Origin: the human T2T-CHM13v2.0 reference genome, Homo sapiens
Direction: 5' to 3' (one strand)
Assembly: GCF_009914755.1 (NCBI RefSeq)
Contig: NC_060928.1
Length of the DNA: 64,000 nucleotides
In this document: positions 13,738 to 27,344 of the stretch, piece after piece
Layout: each line of letters opens with the position of its first letter
Numbering within the stretch: position 1 is the first letter of the stretch
Notes under the pieces: model-generated
The model's database searches: none
The model's input: only the letters and a program-made list of their open reading frames with translations
What the model was told of the DNA's origin: nothing
Position numbers and translations under genes: made by a program

Positions 13738-14040
13738 TTGTATAAACTAGTTGTCTATATTAATGTAACTATATTTGTTTCAACATATGAGAAAGGCCCA
13801 ATGATAGATATACACAGCCTACTTATATGTGAACATGAGATGATCTCTTATAGATAATTTCAGTTTTTAAGTGAACTAGCAATTCTATTATTTTCGCCAA
13901 CTATATATCTACAACCACTATAATATGAATCACTTTTTGGTCAATTTATCTAGGATTTTGCAAGAGAGCTCAACATTAAATGGAGGACATACTGATTCTA
14001 TCACAAGCTTGATTGGTTCAATGCTCAATTTAATTTAACC
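13738..14040 (+). mobile_element. Old LTR, LTR37-like (family uncertain)
   Basis: tgtataaactagttgtctatattaatgtaac start and gagctcaacattaaatggaggacatactgattctatcacaagcttgatt end resemble recalled LTR37. Confidence 0.35.
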
Positions 14041-14069
14041 CGCTGCTAGACTGAACTTCCACTGGAATG

Positions 14070-14190
14070 TCACCCCCATGAGAGCAGCACCTGGTTTGTA
14101 TTGTTCACCACTACCATACCTTTAGTATAGAAGACAAAACTAGATACAGAGTAAGCATGCAGTGAATATTTTTGGAATGAAGGAATGGGT
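14070..14190 (+). mobile_element. L2 3' end
   Basis: ccatgagagcagcacctggtttgtattgttcacc...acagagtaagcatgcagtgaatatttttggaatgaaggaatg. Confidence 0.65.
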
Positions 14191-14321
14191 TTTCTTTGAC
14201 CATAGTTTATCTAAGATTTATTTCAGAACAAAGGTGTTTATTTATTTATTAATAAAAGATAAGTATTATCTCTCAATTCTTTGGCCCCTCACTTGCAAGA
14301 TCTTGTCCTTCCTAATCCAGC

Positions 14322-16581
14322 TGATATGGTTTGGCTCTGTGTCCCCACCCAAATCTCATCCTGAATTGTACTCCCATAATTCCCGTGTGTTGTGGGTGGG
14401 ACCCGGTGTGAGATAATTTGAATCATGGAGGTGGTTTCCCCACACTGTTCTCATGGTAGTGAATAAGTCTCACAAGATCTGATGGTTTTATCAGGTATTT
14501 CCGCTTTTTCATCTTCCACATTTTTCTCTTGCCACTGCCACGTAAGAAGTGTTGTTTGTGTCCCGCTATGATTCTGAGGCCTCCCTAACCATGTGGAACT
14601 GTAAGCCCAATTAAATCTCTTTTTCTTCCCAGTCTCGGTTATGTCTTTATCAGCAGTGCAAAAACAGACTAATACAGTAAATTGGTACCAGTAAAGTGGG
14701 GCGTTGCTGAAAAGATACCCGAAAATGTGGAAGCGACTTTGGCACTGGGTAACAGGCAGAGGTTGGAACAGTTTTGAAGGCCCAGAAGAAGACAGGGAAA
14801 TGTGGGAAAGTTTGGAACTTCTTAGAGACTTGTTGAATGTCTTTGACCAAAAGGCTGATAGTGATATGGACAATAAGGTCCAGGCTAAGGTGGTCACAGA
14901 TGAAGATGAGGAACTAGTTGCGACTGGAGCAAACATGACTCTTGTTATGTTTTAGCAAAGAGACTGGTGACATTTTGCCCCTGCCCTAGAAATTTGTGGA
15001 ACTTTGAACTTGAGAGAGATGATTCAAGGTATCTGGCAGAACAAATTTCTAAGCAGCAAAGCATTCAAGAGGTGACTTGGATGCTGCTAAAGGCATTCAG
15101 CTTTATAAGGAAAGAGGAGCATAAAAGTTCAGAAAATCTGCAGCCTGACAATGCGATAGAAAAGAAAATCCCATTTTCTGAGGAGAAATTAATTGGTTGC
15201 AGGAATTTGTGTAACTAACAAGGATGTTAATCCTCAAGACAATGGGGAAAATGTCTGCAGGACGTGTCATAGGTCTTCATGGCAGCTCTTCCCATCACAG
15301 ACCTGGAAACCTAGGAGGAAAAAGTGGTTTTGTGGGCTGGACCCAGGGTCCCTGTGCTGTGTGCAGCCAGAGTCTTGGTGCCCTGCGTCCACTCAAGCCA
15401 CTCCAGCCATTGCAAAAGGGGGCCTAGGTACAGCTCAGCCCATGGTTTCAGAGGGTGCAATCCCCAAACCTTGGCAGCTTCCATGTGGTGTTAAGCCTGA
15501 GGGTGCATAGAATTCAAGAATTGAGGTTTGGGAATCTCTGCCTAGATTTCAGAAGATGAAACACCTGGATGCCCAGGCAGAAGTTTGCTGCAGGAGCAGG
15601 GCTGTCATGGATAACCTGTGCTAGGGCAGTGCGGAAGGGAAATGTAGGGTTGAAGCCCCACACAGAATCCCTACTAGGACACTGCTTAGTGGAGCTATGA
15701 GAAGAGGACCACCTTCTTCCAGACCCCAGAATGGTAGATCCACCGACAGCGTGAACCATGTGCCTGGAAAAGCTGCAGACACTCAATGCCTGCCCATGAA
15801 AGCAGCCAAGAGGGGGCTATACCCTGCAAAGCCACAGAGGTGGAGTTGCCCAAGACTATGGAAACCCACCCCTTGCATCAGTGTTACCTGGATGTGAGAC
15901 CTGGAGTCAAAGGAGATCATTTTGTAGCTTTAAAATTTGACTGCCCCGCTGGATTTCGGACTTGCATGGGCCTTGTAACCCCTTTATATTTTGCCAATTG
16001 GAATTGATGTATTTACCCAATACCTGTACCTCCATTTTATCTAGGAAGTAACTAGCCTACTTTTGATTTTACAGGCTCATAGGTGGAAAGAACTTGCCTT
16101 GTCTCAGATGAGACATTGGACTGTGGACTTTTGAGTTAATGCTGAAATGAGTTAAGACTTCGGGGGACTGTTGGAAAGGCATGATTGGTTTTGAAATGTG
16201 AGGTCATGAGATTTAGAGGGGCCAGGAGTGGAATGATATGGTTTGGCTCTGTATCTCCACCCAAATCTCATCTTGAATTGTACTCCCATAATTTCCATGT
16301 GTTGTGGGAGGGACCTGGTGGGAGATAATATGAATCCTGGGGGCGGTTTCCCCCATACTGTTCTCATGGTAGTGAATAAGTCTCACGAGATCTGATGGTT
16401 TTATCAGGGGTTTCCGCTTTTGCATCTTCTTCATTTTTCTCTTGCTGCTGGCATGTAAGAGGTGCCTTTTGCCTCCCACTATGATTCTGAGGCCTCTGCA
16501 GCCATGTAAGTCCAATTAAACCTCTTTTTCTTCCCAGTCTCAGGTATGTCTTTCTCAGCTGCATGAAAACAGACTAATACA
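14322..16581 (+). mobile_element. Full-length THE1 (THE1A-like) MaLR: 5'LTR 14322-14676, internal 14677-16233, 3'LTR 16234-16581
   Basis: Two direct LTRs tgatatggtttggct...gactaataca; internal starts gtaaattggtacc; THE1-int peptide remnants (MWESLELLRDLLNVFDQKADSDMDN); 5-bp TSD ccagc/ctagc. Confidence 0.96.
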
Positions 16582-16805
16582 CTAGCCGTACACTCTCATC
16601 ATCATACACTTTAACTACATCTTCCCTAAACCCTCGATATCTAGCATCTGCTCTTCATGTACTACCTCTAAACCTTCAAGTTTATTTCTTCCAACAATTT
16701 GTTAACCCAATAGGGACTTCCCATTCAATTTTTCCACCGTCTTTCCCTGTTTGTCCCTCACAAAAGGGGTGACTAAGGGTATTATATAAAGGCATTAGAG
16801 TAATT

Positions 16806-17230
16806 GTAACTGTCATAATTGCAAAAATGACCCTGCCTCTTCATCCTTCCCATTGACCTTCACACTATATTTCTGGACTTAACCATGTTATTTCTTTTGG
16901 CTCATGGGGAGGTCACAATTATATTCAGAGATTTGAAAAAGTACTTGCCTGTTGCTTTTTAGACTCTTGCAATTCTGCTTTTTCCATAAATTGTCTGGTC
17001 TCACCTTATGGAGAAATGTAAGACAGAGATGGAGAAGAGCTAAGTTGTCCCAGCCAACGGCCAGCATAGCCCCAGATGTATGAGCAAGTCTAGCTTTAAC
17101 CAGAGGAACCATGCAGCCTAAATCACTGACCCATATATTCATGAACTAAATTAATATTTATTGTTTTAAACATTAAATTAGGAGTGATTTTTAAAATCCA
17201 GCTTAATTGTGGCATTAAAACCAATACTGC
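16806..17230 (+). mobile_element. Old MLT1-type MaLR solo LTR
   Basis: aattgcaaaaatgaccc start; cccagcc..cccagatgtatgagcaag; tattgttttaaacattaaattaggagtgattt..gtggcattaaaaccaatac end. Confidence 0.6.
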
Positions 17231-17286
17231 AAATATTTAAAAAATACAAACCTTTATAAATGCCAAAAGATATACTGATTACACAC

Positions 17287-17722
17287 TGCTAAGGTTTGAA
17301 TGTTTGTGCCCTCCAAAACCAATATTGAAACATAATCTCTGATATGGCAATATAGAAAGGCGGGATCTTTAAGAAGTGCCTCGGTCGTGAGGGCTCTGCC
17401 CTCATCAATAAAGTAATCTATACCTAAATTAATAGATTAATGAGTTAATGAATTAATGGATCATCCCAAGAGTGAGACTGGTGGCTTTCTTGGAAGTAGA
17501 AGAGGGACTTGAACTAGCGCACTCAGCCTCCTCACATGTAATGCCCTGCCTGGACTCAGGACCCTATAGAGGGTACGTACCAGTAAGAAGTCCTTCTTGA
17601 GATGCACCCCCTTGTCCTTGGACTTTTCAGACTCTAGAACTATTAGAAAAACCCTGTTTTTTTAAAAATAAATTACCCAGATTCAGATATTCTGTTATAA
17701 ACAACATAAATGGACTAAAGCA
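17287..17722 (+). mobile_element. MST-type MaLR solo LTR
   Basis: tgctaaggtttgaatgtttgtgccctccaaaa ... ttggacttttcagactctagaact ... aaattacccag..tattctgttata..atggactaaagca. Confidence 0.85.
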
Positions 17723-19069
17723 TACCCACATACACATACACACACAGAGAGAAAGAGAAAATATGAAACAAGCTACATAAATGAAAATCTATGTGGATGT
17801 GTATAACATAAAAATATTAAATGACTGAGGCCAAAGTTATTCATATGAACAGTTGTACTACAGCTTGTATTACCTATTGATAGAAAAAGAATTTCAAATT
17901 GCCTAACAAAGCCAAAGTCAGTATTCTGCTACATTCACAAGACAGACCTGAAACAGATTAAGGGGTGACCAACTATACAATATATTTATCTCGTTATTGT
18001 TCTAAGCAAGCATATGAAAGTCTCTAAGAAGTCCTGATAAACAAATAGACAAACAAAACCTCTCAAATATTGTTTAACCCAGAATTCCCATATTTATTTG
18101 GCCACTCCTCCCTGCACACATACCCTTGTTTTTTGGCACCTATGATCATCTAAATCTAGTGGTTGGAATACTCTTTGGGAAGTTCTTTCTCGGATTTATC
18201 ATCCAATTCATATGTGCTTTTGTTCCCAACATCCCTTCTGCTTGTCACCTGCATTCTGCCTGGTCTTTGTCTGTCATGATTTATAGCTCAGTCTATGATC
18301 ATCCAAGTTCTGCTATAACACAATCTTTTCTCTGATACTTTTAATAGGCAATATTTTCAAATACCCTACTTTATTCTCTTGTTTTTATTTTGCTATCAGT
18401 GAATATTCCAGTTGGATTAACTTTTCAGAATGTTCCAGTTGTGAAGTTTTATGTTTTTCTAATTTTATAAAAAAGTGTTACTTCATAGGAGCAAAATGAT
18501 GCTGTAGAGAGTGCTCCCTGGAAGAACAGGAAGGATTATTTAAATAGCACAAAAACTATGCTACTACAACTAGATTTATAACTCAAGTAATTCAGGGTAT
18601 GTCCTTCACTAAATTGTCTTGGAAAATTATTTTTAAAATAGCAGTAGGAAAGCTGGTACTATGTCATTCAAGAAGCTGGAGTAACACTTTGATGACTTTA
18701 TAGCTTCAGCTCAAGCATGCAGACGCCTGGATCACAATATTTGAATGTCCACAGTCTCAGGAACCATGGTGATCCTTTCATAGTTTTAGGGTGATTGCTG
18801 TTCTGCAAACTGAAACGTTTAACTTGGATATTTCAGTTAGGTCCTTTTTTTTTTTTTCAAGACTTGGTGGAAAGATTTAGTAAGAGGAGAATATGGATAG
18901 AGTGGGCATATTTTCCTAAATTGGAAAAGGTGAGCATACTGCTTCTAAAAAATTTTTTTAATGTAAAAAATGAGGAAGAATATGATGGTTCCACAAAATT
19001 GAGCCATTCATGTATGCTTTATTTGCTGCCTTGTATTAGTAGTCATATTTTTGTATATGGTTTTGCACT

Positions 19070-19195
19070 TTCCTAACTAAACTGTAATAACCTGAGAACA
19101 AGAATCACATTTGATATGGCTTTGCATCCACCAAATGGTCCAAAGCAGAGTACAATAAATTTTAAAACAAATAGTTAATGACTGAAAGAATGAAG
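19070..19195 (+). mobile_element. L2 3' end
   Basis: taactaaactgtaataacctgagaacaagaatcac ... aaatagttaatgactgaaagaatgaa. Confidence 0.5.
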
Positions 19196-20549
19196 ATGAG
19201 TTTTCAAAAATAAAGACAAATCAACTGAGTTAATATGCACCTAAGGGCCAGAGAATCATAAGACAATTATTAGGCAAAAGTTATACCAAGAAGTATATGA
19301 ACAAGAGCCCAAAAGACATGAAAGTGATTAAAAAGCTATAAAAGGGGGACGCCTTTGGATCTTAACAAAAGAGGAACAATGGTAATTTCAATGAAAGTCA
19401 TGTAAGTGAAGAGAGGTATAAAAGGTATGTTTAGGGTCAGGATGATGTGAGAAGGAGAAAACACACAATTGTTCAAGAATATCAAAAAAAGAGGAAAAGT
19501 AATATAAAGGATAATAAAATGAGGTTACTGAAAAGCATATAAAAATGAACTATGTCAAAAGTTGAATACTTGGTGTTATTTAAAATAAAAGAAGAAAAAA
19601 CTGATAAGAAGTTGAAGTTATCTTAAGAGCTAGTTCAATTATTAGAGATTACGAAGGTAATTCAGAGTTTGTTGAGGTTTAAATTTAGTGGCTGATAGTC
19701 TACCTTTTTCTGAGACATGGTAAGAAGAAAGGCATATTTAGAATAAAAGTCTGAGTTCTTGGTCATTGTAGTAAACTTTAGTCTACAAACGATGTTGACA
19801 AGCCCATTGTAGTTAGGTAATTGAAACCAGCCATTCCCACAAATTCTTTCCTTGTTATCCCATTATACAATTGGCTTTTTCCTTAATTGAGCCGGAAATT
19901 AGAGTCATTTCTTCAAGTTAGACAAGAAAACTGAAGGCGTAATTTCCAAGGACACAATTCTAAGTTTGTGACTTCCCTTCAAAAGTATTTATGCAAAATA
20001 TTATCTATTTGTTAATTTTTATATATGTTATACTCTTCTTTTCCTAAGATAATTTATTTTGGATAAAGTTGATGTGGAAATCCAGAATGAAATTAGAATG
20101 AGAAAAGATAGGAGTTGAAATATTTGAGTTGTTGATAAATAAACTTGGTGGAGCCAGAGACTAGACTCAAACATAAAATTATGATAGATGAAAGAGTCCA
20201 TATGGGATTTATTGAAAATCATATTAACTACCTTATATCTATAAACATTTTAATTGTACACGGATGTAGCACATTCCACAGGCTGAGAATGATGCTGGGA
20301 AAGCATTTTCCTTACAATCTGATTGCAGAACTTCTGTGACAACACAGCGTTTTCATACTCAATCTGAAGTGAGTATATGATCATTTTTGTCTTTTCTAAA
20401 GTTATATACTTGTGTCTGGATGGAGGTAGAAATTCTACAAGAAATTTTGGAATGGATGCAAAAGGAAAGAAAACAAAAAAATTAAAATATCATTTAAAAA
20501 TAATTCAGGACTCCATATTCTGGTACTGATTGTATTTTTTTAATTCATG

Positions 20550-21062
20550 ATTCTATTTTTTTGTACATATTATTATATCATCCCAGTATTAAGCTCAGTA
20601 CCCAATAGTTACCTTTTCTGCTTCTCTCCCTCTTCCCAACCTCCCCCATCAAGTAGACCCCAGCGTCTGTTGTTTCCTTCTTTGCATTCGAAAGTTCTCA
20701 TCATTTATCCCCCACTTACAAAGGACAACTTGCTATATTTGGTTTTCTGCTCCTGTGCTAGTTTCCTAAGGATGACAGCCTCCAGCTCCATCCATGTTCC
20801 CGCAAAAGACATGATCTTGTTCTGTTTTATGGCTGCATAGTATTCCATGGTGTATATGTACCAAATTTACTTTAATCAGTTCGTCACTGATGGACATTTA
20901 GGTTGATTCCATGTCTTTGCTATTGTGAAGAGTGCTGCTGCAATGAACATTCGCATGCATGTATCTTTATAGTAGAAAGCTTTGTATTCCTCTGGGTATA
21001 TACCCAGGAATGAGATTGCTGGATCGAATGGCAGTTCTGCTTTTAGCTCTTTTAGAAACTGC
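20550..21062 (-). mobile_element. Primate L1 3' fragment (L1PA13-16-like)
   Basis: cccagtattaagctcagtacccaatagtt..agtagaccccagcgtctgttgtttcc; minus ORF 20876-21139 has ELPFDPAISFLGIYP..DTCMRMFIAA..WNQPKCP (L1 ORF2 C-terminus). Confidence 0.92.
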
Positions 21063-21866
21063 TTATTTCCTATGTAATATATTAGTAGGATAATCTTGCT
21101 ATACTCATTACTAACCACTGCCTGAGCTATTAAATACAACTTTGATCATTTAGCACCTATAGTGTGAATTACCAAACTCATTAACATTTCTGATTAAAAT
21201 GTAAAGTTTTAGAGGAATATTTGCTTTATAAACTGACTAATTAGTCTATGGATAGTTTACAGAATATAGCAGTTGGAAAAAACATTTAATTACTTAGAAA
21301 TGTATGTTTCTTGTAATTAAATATAGGACATCCATAAAAGTTTAATAAAGATTAATAATTTTGAATTTTTATTTTCTTTTCATCACTAATTTTTTAAACC
21401 TCTACTTATAAAACAAATTTAAAACAAATTATTAAGTAATTATAATTCTTAGAACAATAAGAACAACGGTAGCAGGAACTAACTCTAAATAACTATCGCA
21501 AATAGATAAGTTATTTAGCTTTAGCATGGCATTGACCAAAATTTAAGTTATATTATAGGTACATGCTTTTTTTAAAGTTCTAATATGTGATAATTGCATT
21601 TGAAATGTATCACTTGATCCAAAGATTACCATTTAATCCAACTTAAATGAAACAGAGATTTAGAAAACAGAGATGTGAGTAGACAAGAGGGTTTCTAATT
21701 TTCCTCATCTCCATCCTCTAACCCTCTCACTGTGGGCCTTAGTCTCAGGCTCAGCACCTTTACCATCAGCCTCAGTAACTGTACCTACTACCACAGCCAT
21801 AGTGCAGCAGTTCAGCATCTCTAGCTTTAACCTAAGCCTTGGCATGCTGTCATGTGTATTTAACTA

Positions 21867-22198
<332 letters not shown>

Positions 22199-22552
22199 GA
22201 CCACAAATAAAATTCTAAATTTCATCTGATGATCTCCCTCCCGAGAACACAAATAAGTCCTGTCACCACTTAACTTTTTGAAAAAAATAAGATGTCAATA
22301 TATTTCTAAAGTGTTGTTCTCTTAGTCCAGATAACTTTGGAAATATCAATCTGTCCACTGCCCAACTGCAGAACTTCATGTGCAAAAGGACACATGGCTG
22401 TGGCCTGGCATGAGGTGGAATGGAAATAGCCCTTTTATAAAGAGGCTGAGATTGCACTGAAGGATCTGACTAGGGAAAGGAAGAAACACCATAGTTTTCA
22501 GATAAATATTACAACTTCCATTTTACTTTTACTTAAAAAAATGGCAACAGAA

Positions 22553-22858
<306 letters not shown>

Positions 22859-23464
22859 CTATTTTAAAAATCACTGAAGTCAATATTTCCATGGTAAGAA
22901 AAAAATCTATAAAAATAATTCCATAGAAGGAGACTCTAAGCAAGCAGCCCCAAATTTACAAAAATGTTATGTTTCTATTTTGATAGTATTTCATGTCAGG
23001 AAAGTCCTACACTGTCCCTATTGGGGATTATCTACTTTTAAAATTGTCATTTAATAGCAAAGAAATGCCTTTTGCATGTTCTTGATGTTAAGAAAATAGC
23101 TCATATCCAATCCTCCTTCAGAAACATCCTCAGATGCAGATGTAAATGTTGTAAAAGAATATTCCTTTAAAATAGAGTTATAAATATTTATAGCTCATTG
23201 CAACGTAGATAACATGATGATAAATAAAGCTGCATTTTTTTCTGATTTGAGGAGGCATTTTTCTTCTAATGCTGATGATATAAAATATTAATTCATTTGT
23301 TTTTTAAAAAGAAAATCAAAACACTTGACTTTCTTAAATTAAAAACAATCTATATTTGATCTTGCAAATACACACAAACTTTGCTACCCAGTTACCTAAT
23401 ATTTTCCTTGTCAATCACATGTGAAATCATTCAAATATTTGTAGATCCCTTTATGAAAAGTTTA

Positions 23465-23612
23465 GAAATTCCAGCAGCACCAGTATCACCCGGAAACTTA
23501 TTGTAAATGCAGATGCTTAGGGTCCAGCTCAGAGAGATTAAATCGGAATCTGCACTTTACCAAGATTACCTGGTGATTCTTATGAACATTAAAGTGTGAG
23601 AAGCCATGGTGT
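23465..23612. mobile_element. MER5-type hAT-Charlie MITE
   Basis: ccagcagcaccagtatcacccgg..aaatgcagat..aatcggaatctgcactttaccaagat..ggtgattcttatgaacattaaagtgtgagaagc. Confidence 0.8.
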
Positions 23613-26399
23613 AGAACATAATGGTGGCAGCAAGAAGGAGTCTGGTTGGGGTAATTTTAAAAATTTGATTAAGTAAGTGGGTTTCAAATGAAATTGCTGG
23701 AAATAAGTCATTTCTGGATATAAGTCAGTTTATTCTGGCTCAAATCTTATTATGTTATTAACTGCTTTCTCAATTTTACCATACTATCTAGCTTGTAAAA
23801 TGTTTTCTATATTATTTGGCCTTCATTTGTTCATAGTTGGGGTTGGAAAATCACAAAATATCTTTCCAATTGTGAAGAACATTCAAAATCTTAGATAAAA
23901 ATGGTCTCAAATTTATTGTTTGTTCGCCTTCAGTAATTATGTAAGACATTGGGGAAAGGAACTAACTAGGAGAAATATGAATTATCATCTCTTTTGATTT
24001 TTATTATGTTCATGACTCCTGCCCTGCAGTCCCCACCCTGATGCATAGACACAATTCCCCAAAATCATGAAATACTATTATTATTATTTGTTAACACATT
24101 TTTGTAGTCACAGAAGTAGAGTTATATATGGGTGGGTGGGAGACCAAAAAATGTCCACCTCAAACCCGTTTCTAGCCTCAATGCACAGTGCTGCAATGTA
24201 GTATAATTTCCCACTCTTTGATCAGCTGTGTGTCATACCAAGAAAAAATTGCTTTCTCAGCTTTGGATATCCTGATCTTAAAATCTCTTCAGTCTCTTGC
24301 CAGATCTAAAATGGAATGGGTTTGAGTGTGAGTGACATGAGTGAGAAGTGACTAATCTCTGCCACCCATCATTTTCAGGGTTGCAAAATTAACTCACTTT
24401 CTCTTTGTTAATGTAGATGGAAAGAATGAGACAATTAAAGAAATACATGTTATTTCACTATAAAGTTTGTTAATTATGCTCGCCTCTATTTTCTATTTGT
24501 AAAGATATTTGATAGTCGTTTCTGTTAAGAATTATCCCAGTTTTCATTAGTGAGTTTTGCAGCTGCTTGGAGTTCCTGGCAGGCAACACTGTTTAAGACT
24601 GGGTAAGTCTAAAATGTTTTCCCTAAAGTTTCGGTTCATATTGAAAACAGACACACACTCTTGAATGTTTAAAACAGAATTGTTTCTGGCCAGATTTTCA
24701 GTGTCAACACAAAATACTGCAGAAGAAGTTACATTTTAGTTTTCATTTTTTTGAGAAACTCAAACATCAAGTGAAAAGTTTGAGGATAAAAAAGAAGAGA
24801 AATAGATAGAGGAAAAAGAGAAGTCAAGAAAGGAGAAATTCCACTACATCTTTTAACCCAAGTTTACAAAGATTAATTTTAAGGAAATCATTACTAGTAA
24901 TCTGTTACATTTTTTCCAAGGAGGGTTCATAGAAACTTAACATTTCAAGAGCTTTCATTCTAAGAATGTGAAACTCAAAACCAAAAGAAAACAAAACAAA
25001 ACAAAAAATCTTTATGGAAACAAGTTAATCCTTATATATTATGATTCATTTTCTACTGTCTAACTGATTACATCAGACAGTTTTCTTTCACAGAAAAATT
25101 AGAGTGGATTGACTGTCAAGAAGAATAAATTGATCTTGAAACTATATTACTATTGCTTATATTGTTGTATACAACTATCTATATAATGGAGGCTTAAAAG
25201 CTTAAAAGATACCTTTTACATTTTAAGACTAATTTTATGCTGATGATAGAATTTTTTCAGACTAATTACATTTATATACATAATGCTTCTCAATAAAATT
25301 ACCTTGGAAGGAAGATCTCATTCACTAATTGTTTAAAAGGTGTTGAAGTGCATATTCATGAAAGAATGGAACAGAGAAATATTTACTAGGAGGAAAAAGT
25401 TCTTACTGAAGACAAAGAGAATTTCTAAAAATTTTATATTTCGAATTTGCACTATCTCAAAAGGCTTAGGGCTGGTAAAATTTGTTAATAAAATATTTCA
25501 TAATAAAAATGATTCTTTTTAAGAATAATGTTTTTCATATTGCACACCACAGAGTAAGACTGTATCTGGTTAGTACCATAAGCTATATAATCATTTTATA
25601 ATAATATAGGCAATGGGCCTTTGAAAATCACAATGAACCCTTCCCATTGTTTTGAAAAAAATGCCTTCCCATATGTTTTTAGAAAACAATGAACTAGCCA
25701 ACTTAGAATACATGTGGTTGTTATTCTCTTTAGCCATAAGCAGCAATTTGTTTGTTACAAAAATGTAATGAGTTTGAAACTACAAAGTAAATGAAAACCT
25801 AGGATGGTATAGGTTAAGCACAAAAGAGACCAAACTGACACATGATGGGCATGAGAATTATGGAAGACATTTAACTATCACCTGAGAGTAATGGCCACAT
25901 GCATATTGGGGTACGAGGGCTTAAATAAATGGAGGCTAGTGAGGAAAAGAGAAACCGATCAGGAACTTACCAAGTAAAACCATGATCATTGAAAATGTTA
26001 CACCTTCAGTTAGAGGGGAGCTAGAAAAAGTCCACATAATGAAACCAAAAAGCCCCTGTCTTTCTTTGCTGTGCCTCTGGGTAGAAAACCATTATTCTCA
26101 TTTTCTTCCTCTTCCTTTATTCCCATACCCTAAGCTTTGTCACTATAGGACCGCTGTCAGATAAACCAGGGACTCTAATTTTTATTATCTACCTCACCAC
26201 CACCCTTTGGGGAAACCCTAACCAAGAAATGACATTGAAGTAGTTCTAGGTGTGTAGTGCCTCTTAATGAGAGGAAGAAACAAATCTGGAACTTTCCTGA
26301 GGAAAGCATGCTCAACTGTAGCTCCTTAAAATTACCAAAAGTTCTCAAGGATTACTATTTAGTTCAATTACATATGAACAAAAAGAATATTATATGTAA

Positions 26400-27055
<656 letters not shown>

Positions 27056-27089
27056 TTACTTTGCAATATAGAATATATACTATCTCAGT

Positions 27090-27255
27090 TTTTCTCATAC
27101 TTTAATAATGTTCGTATGAAAATCAACTACAGGTATCTTAAAATGCAGATTCTGATGGAATAGAACTGGTGGGGGGTCCTGAGTTTCTGTAGTTCTAACA
27201 AGCTCTTTCCTGATGCTGATGCTGCTAATCAGTGGTTCGCATTTTCACAAGTAAC
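27090..27255. mobile_element. MER5A hAT-Charlie MITE
   Basis: cttaaaatgcagattctg..ggtggggggtcctgagtttctgtagttctaacaagctc..tgatgctgatgctgct. Confidence 0.75.
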
Positions 27256-27344
27256 GAATGTTTCTGAAGGACAATGGGGGTGGGGTGAATGAATCATCTC
27301 TGTAAGAAGAGTCTCAAGGATTCCACATCAATATTACTTTTGTA

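Noticed and set aside
14451-16564. ORF cluster
   Set aside because: THE1 LTR and internal sequence, frameshifted.
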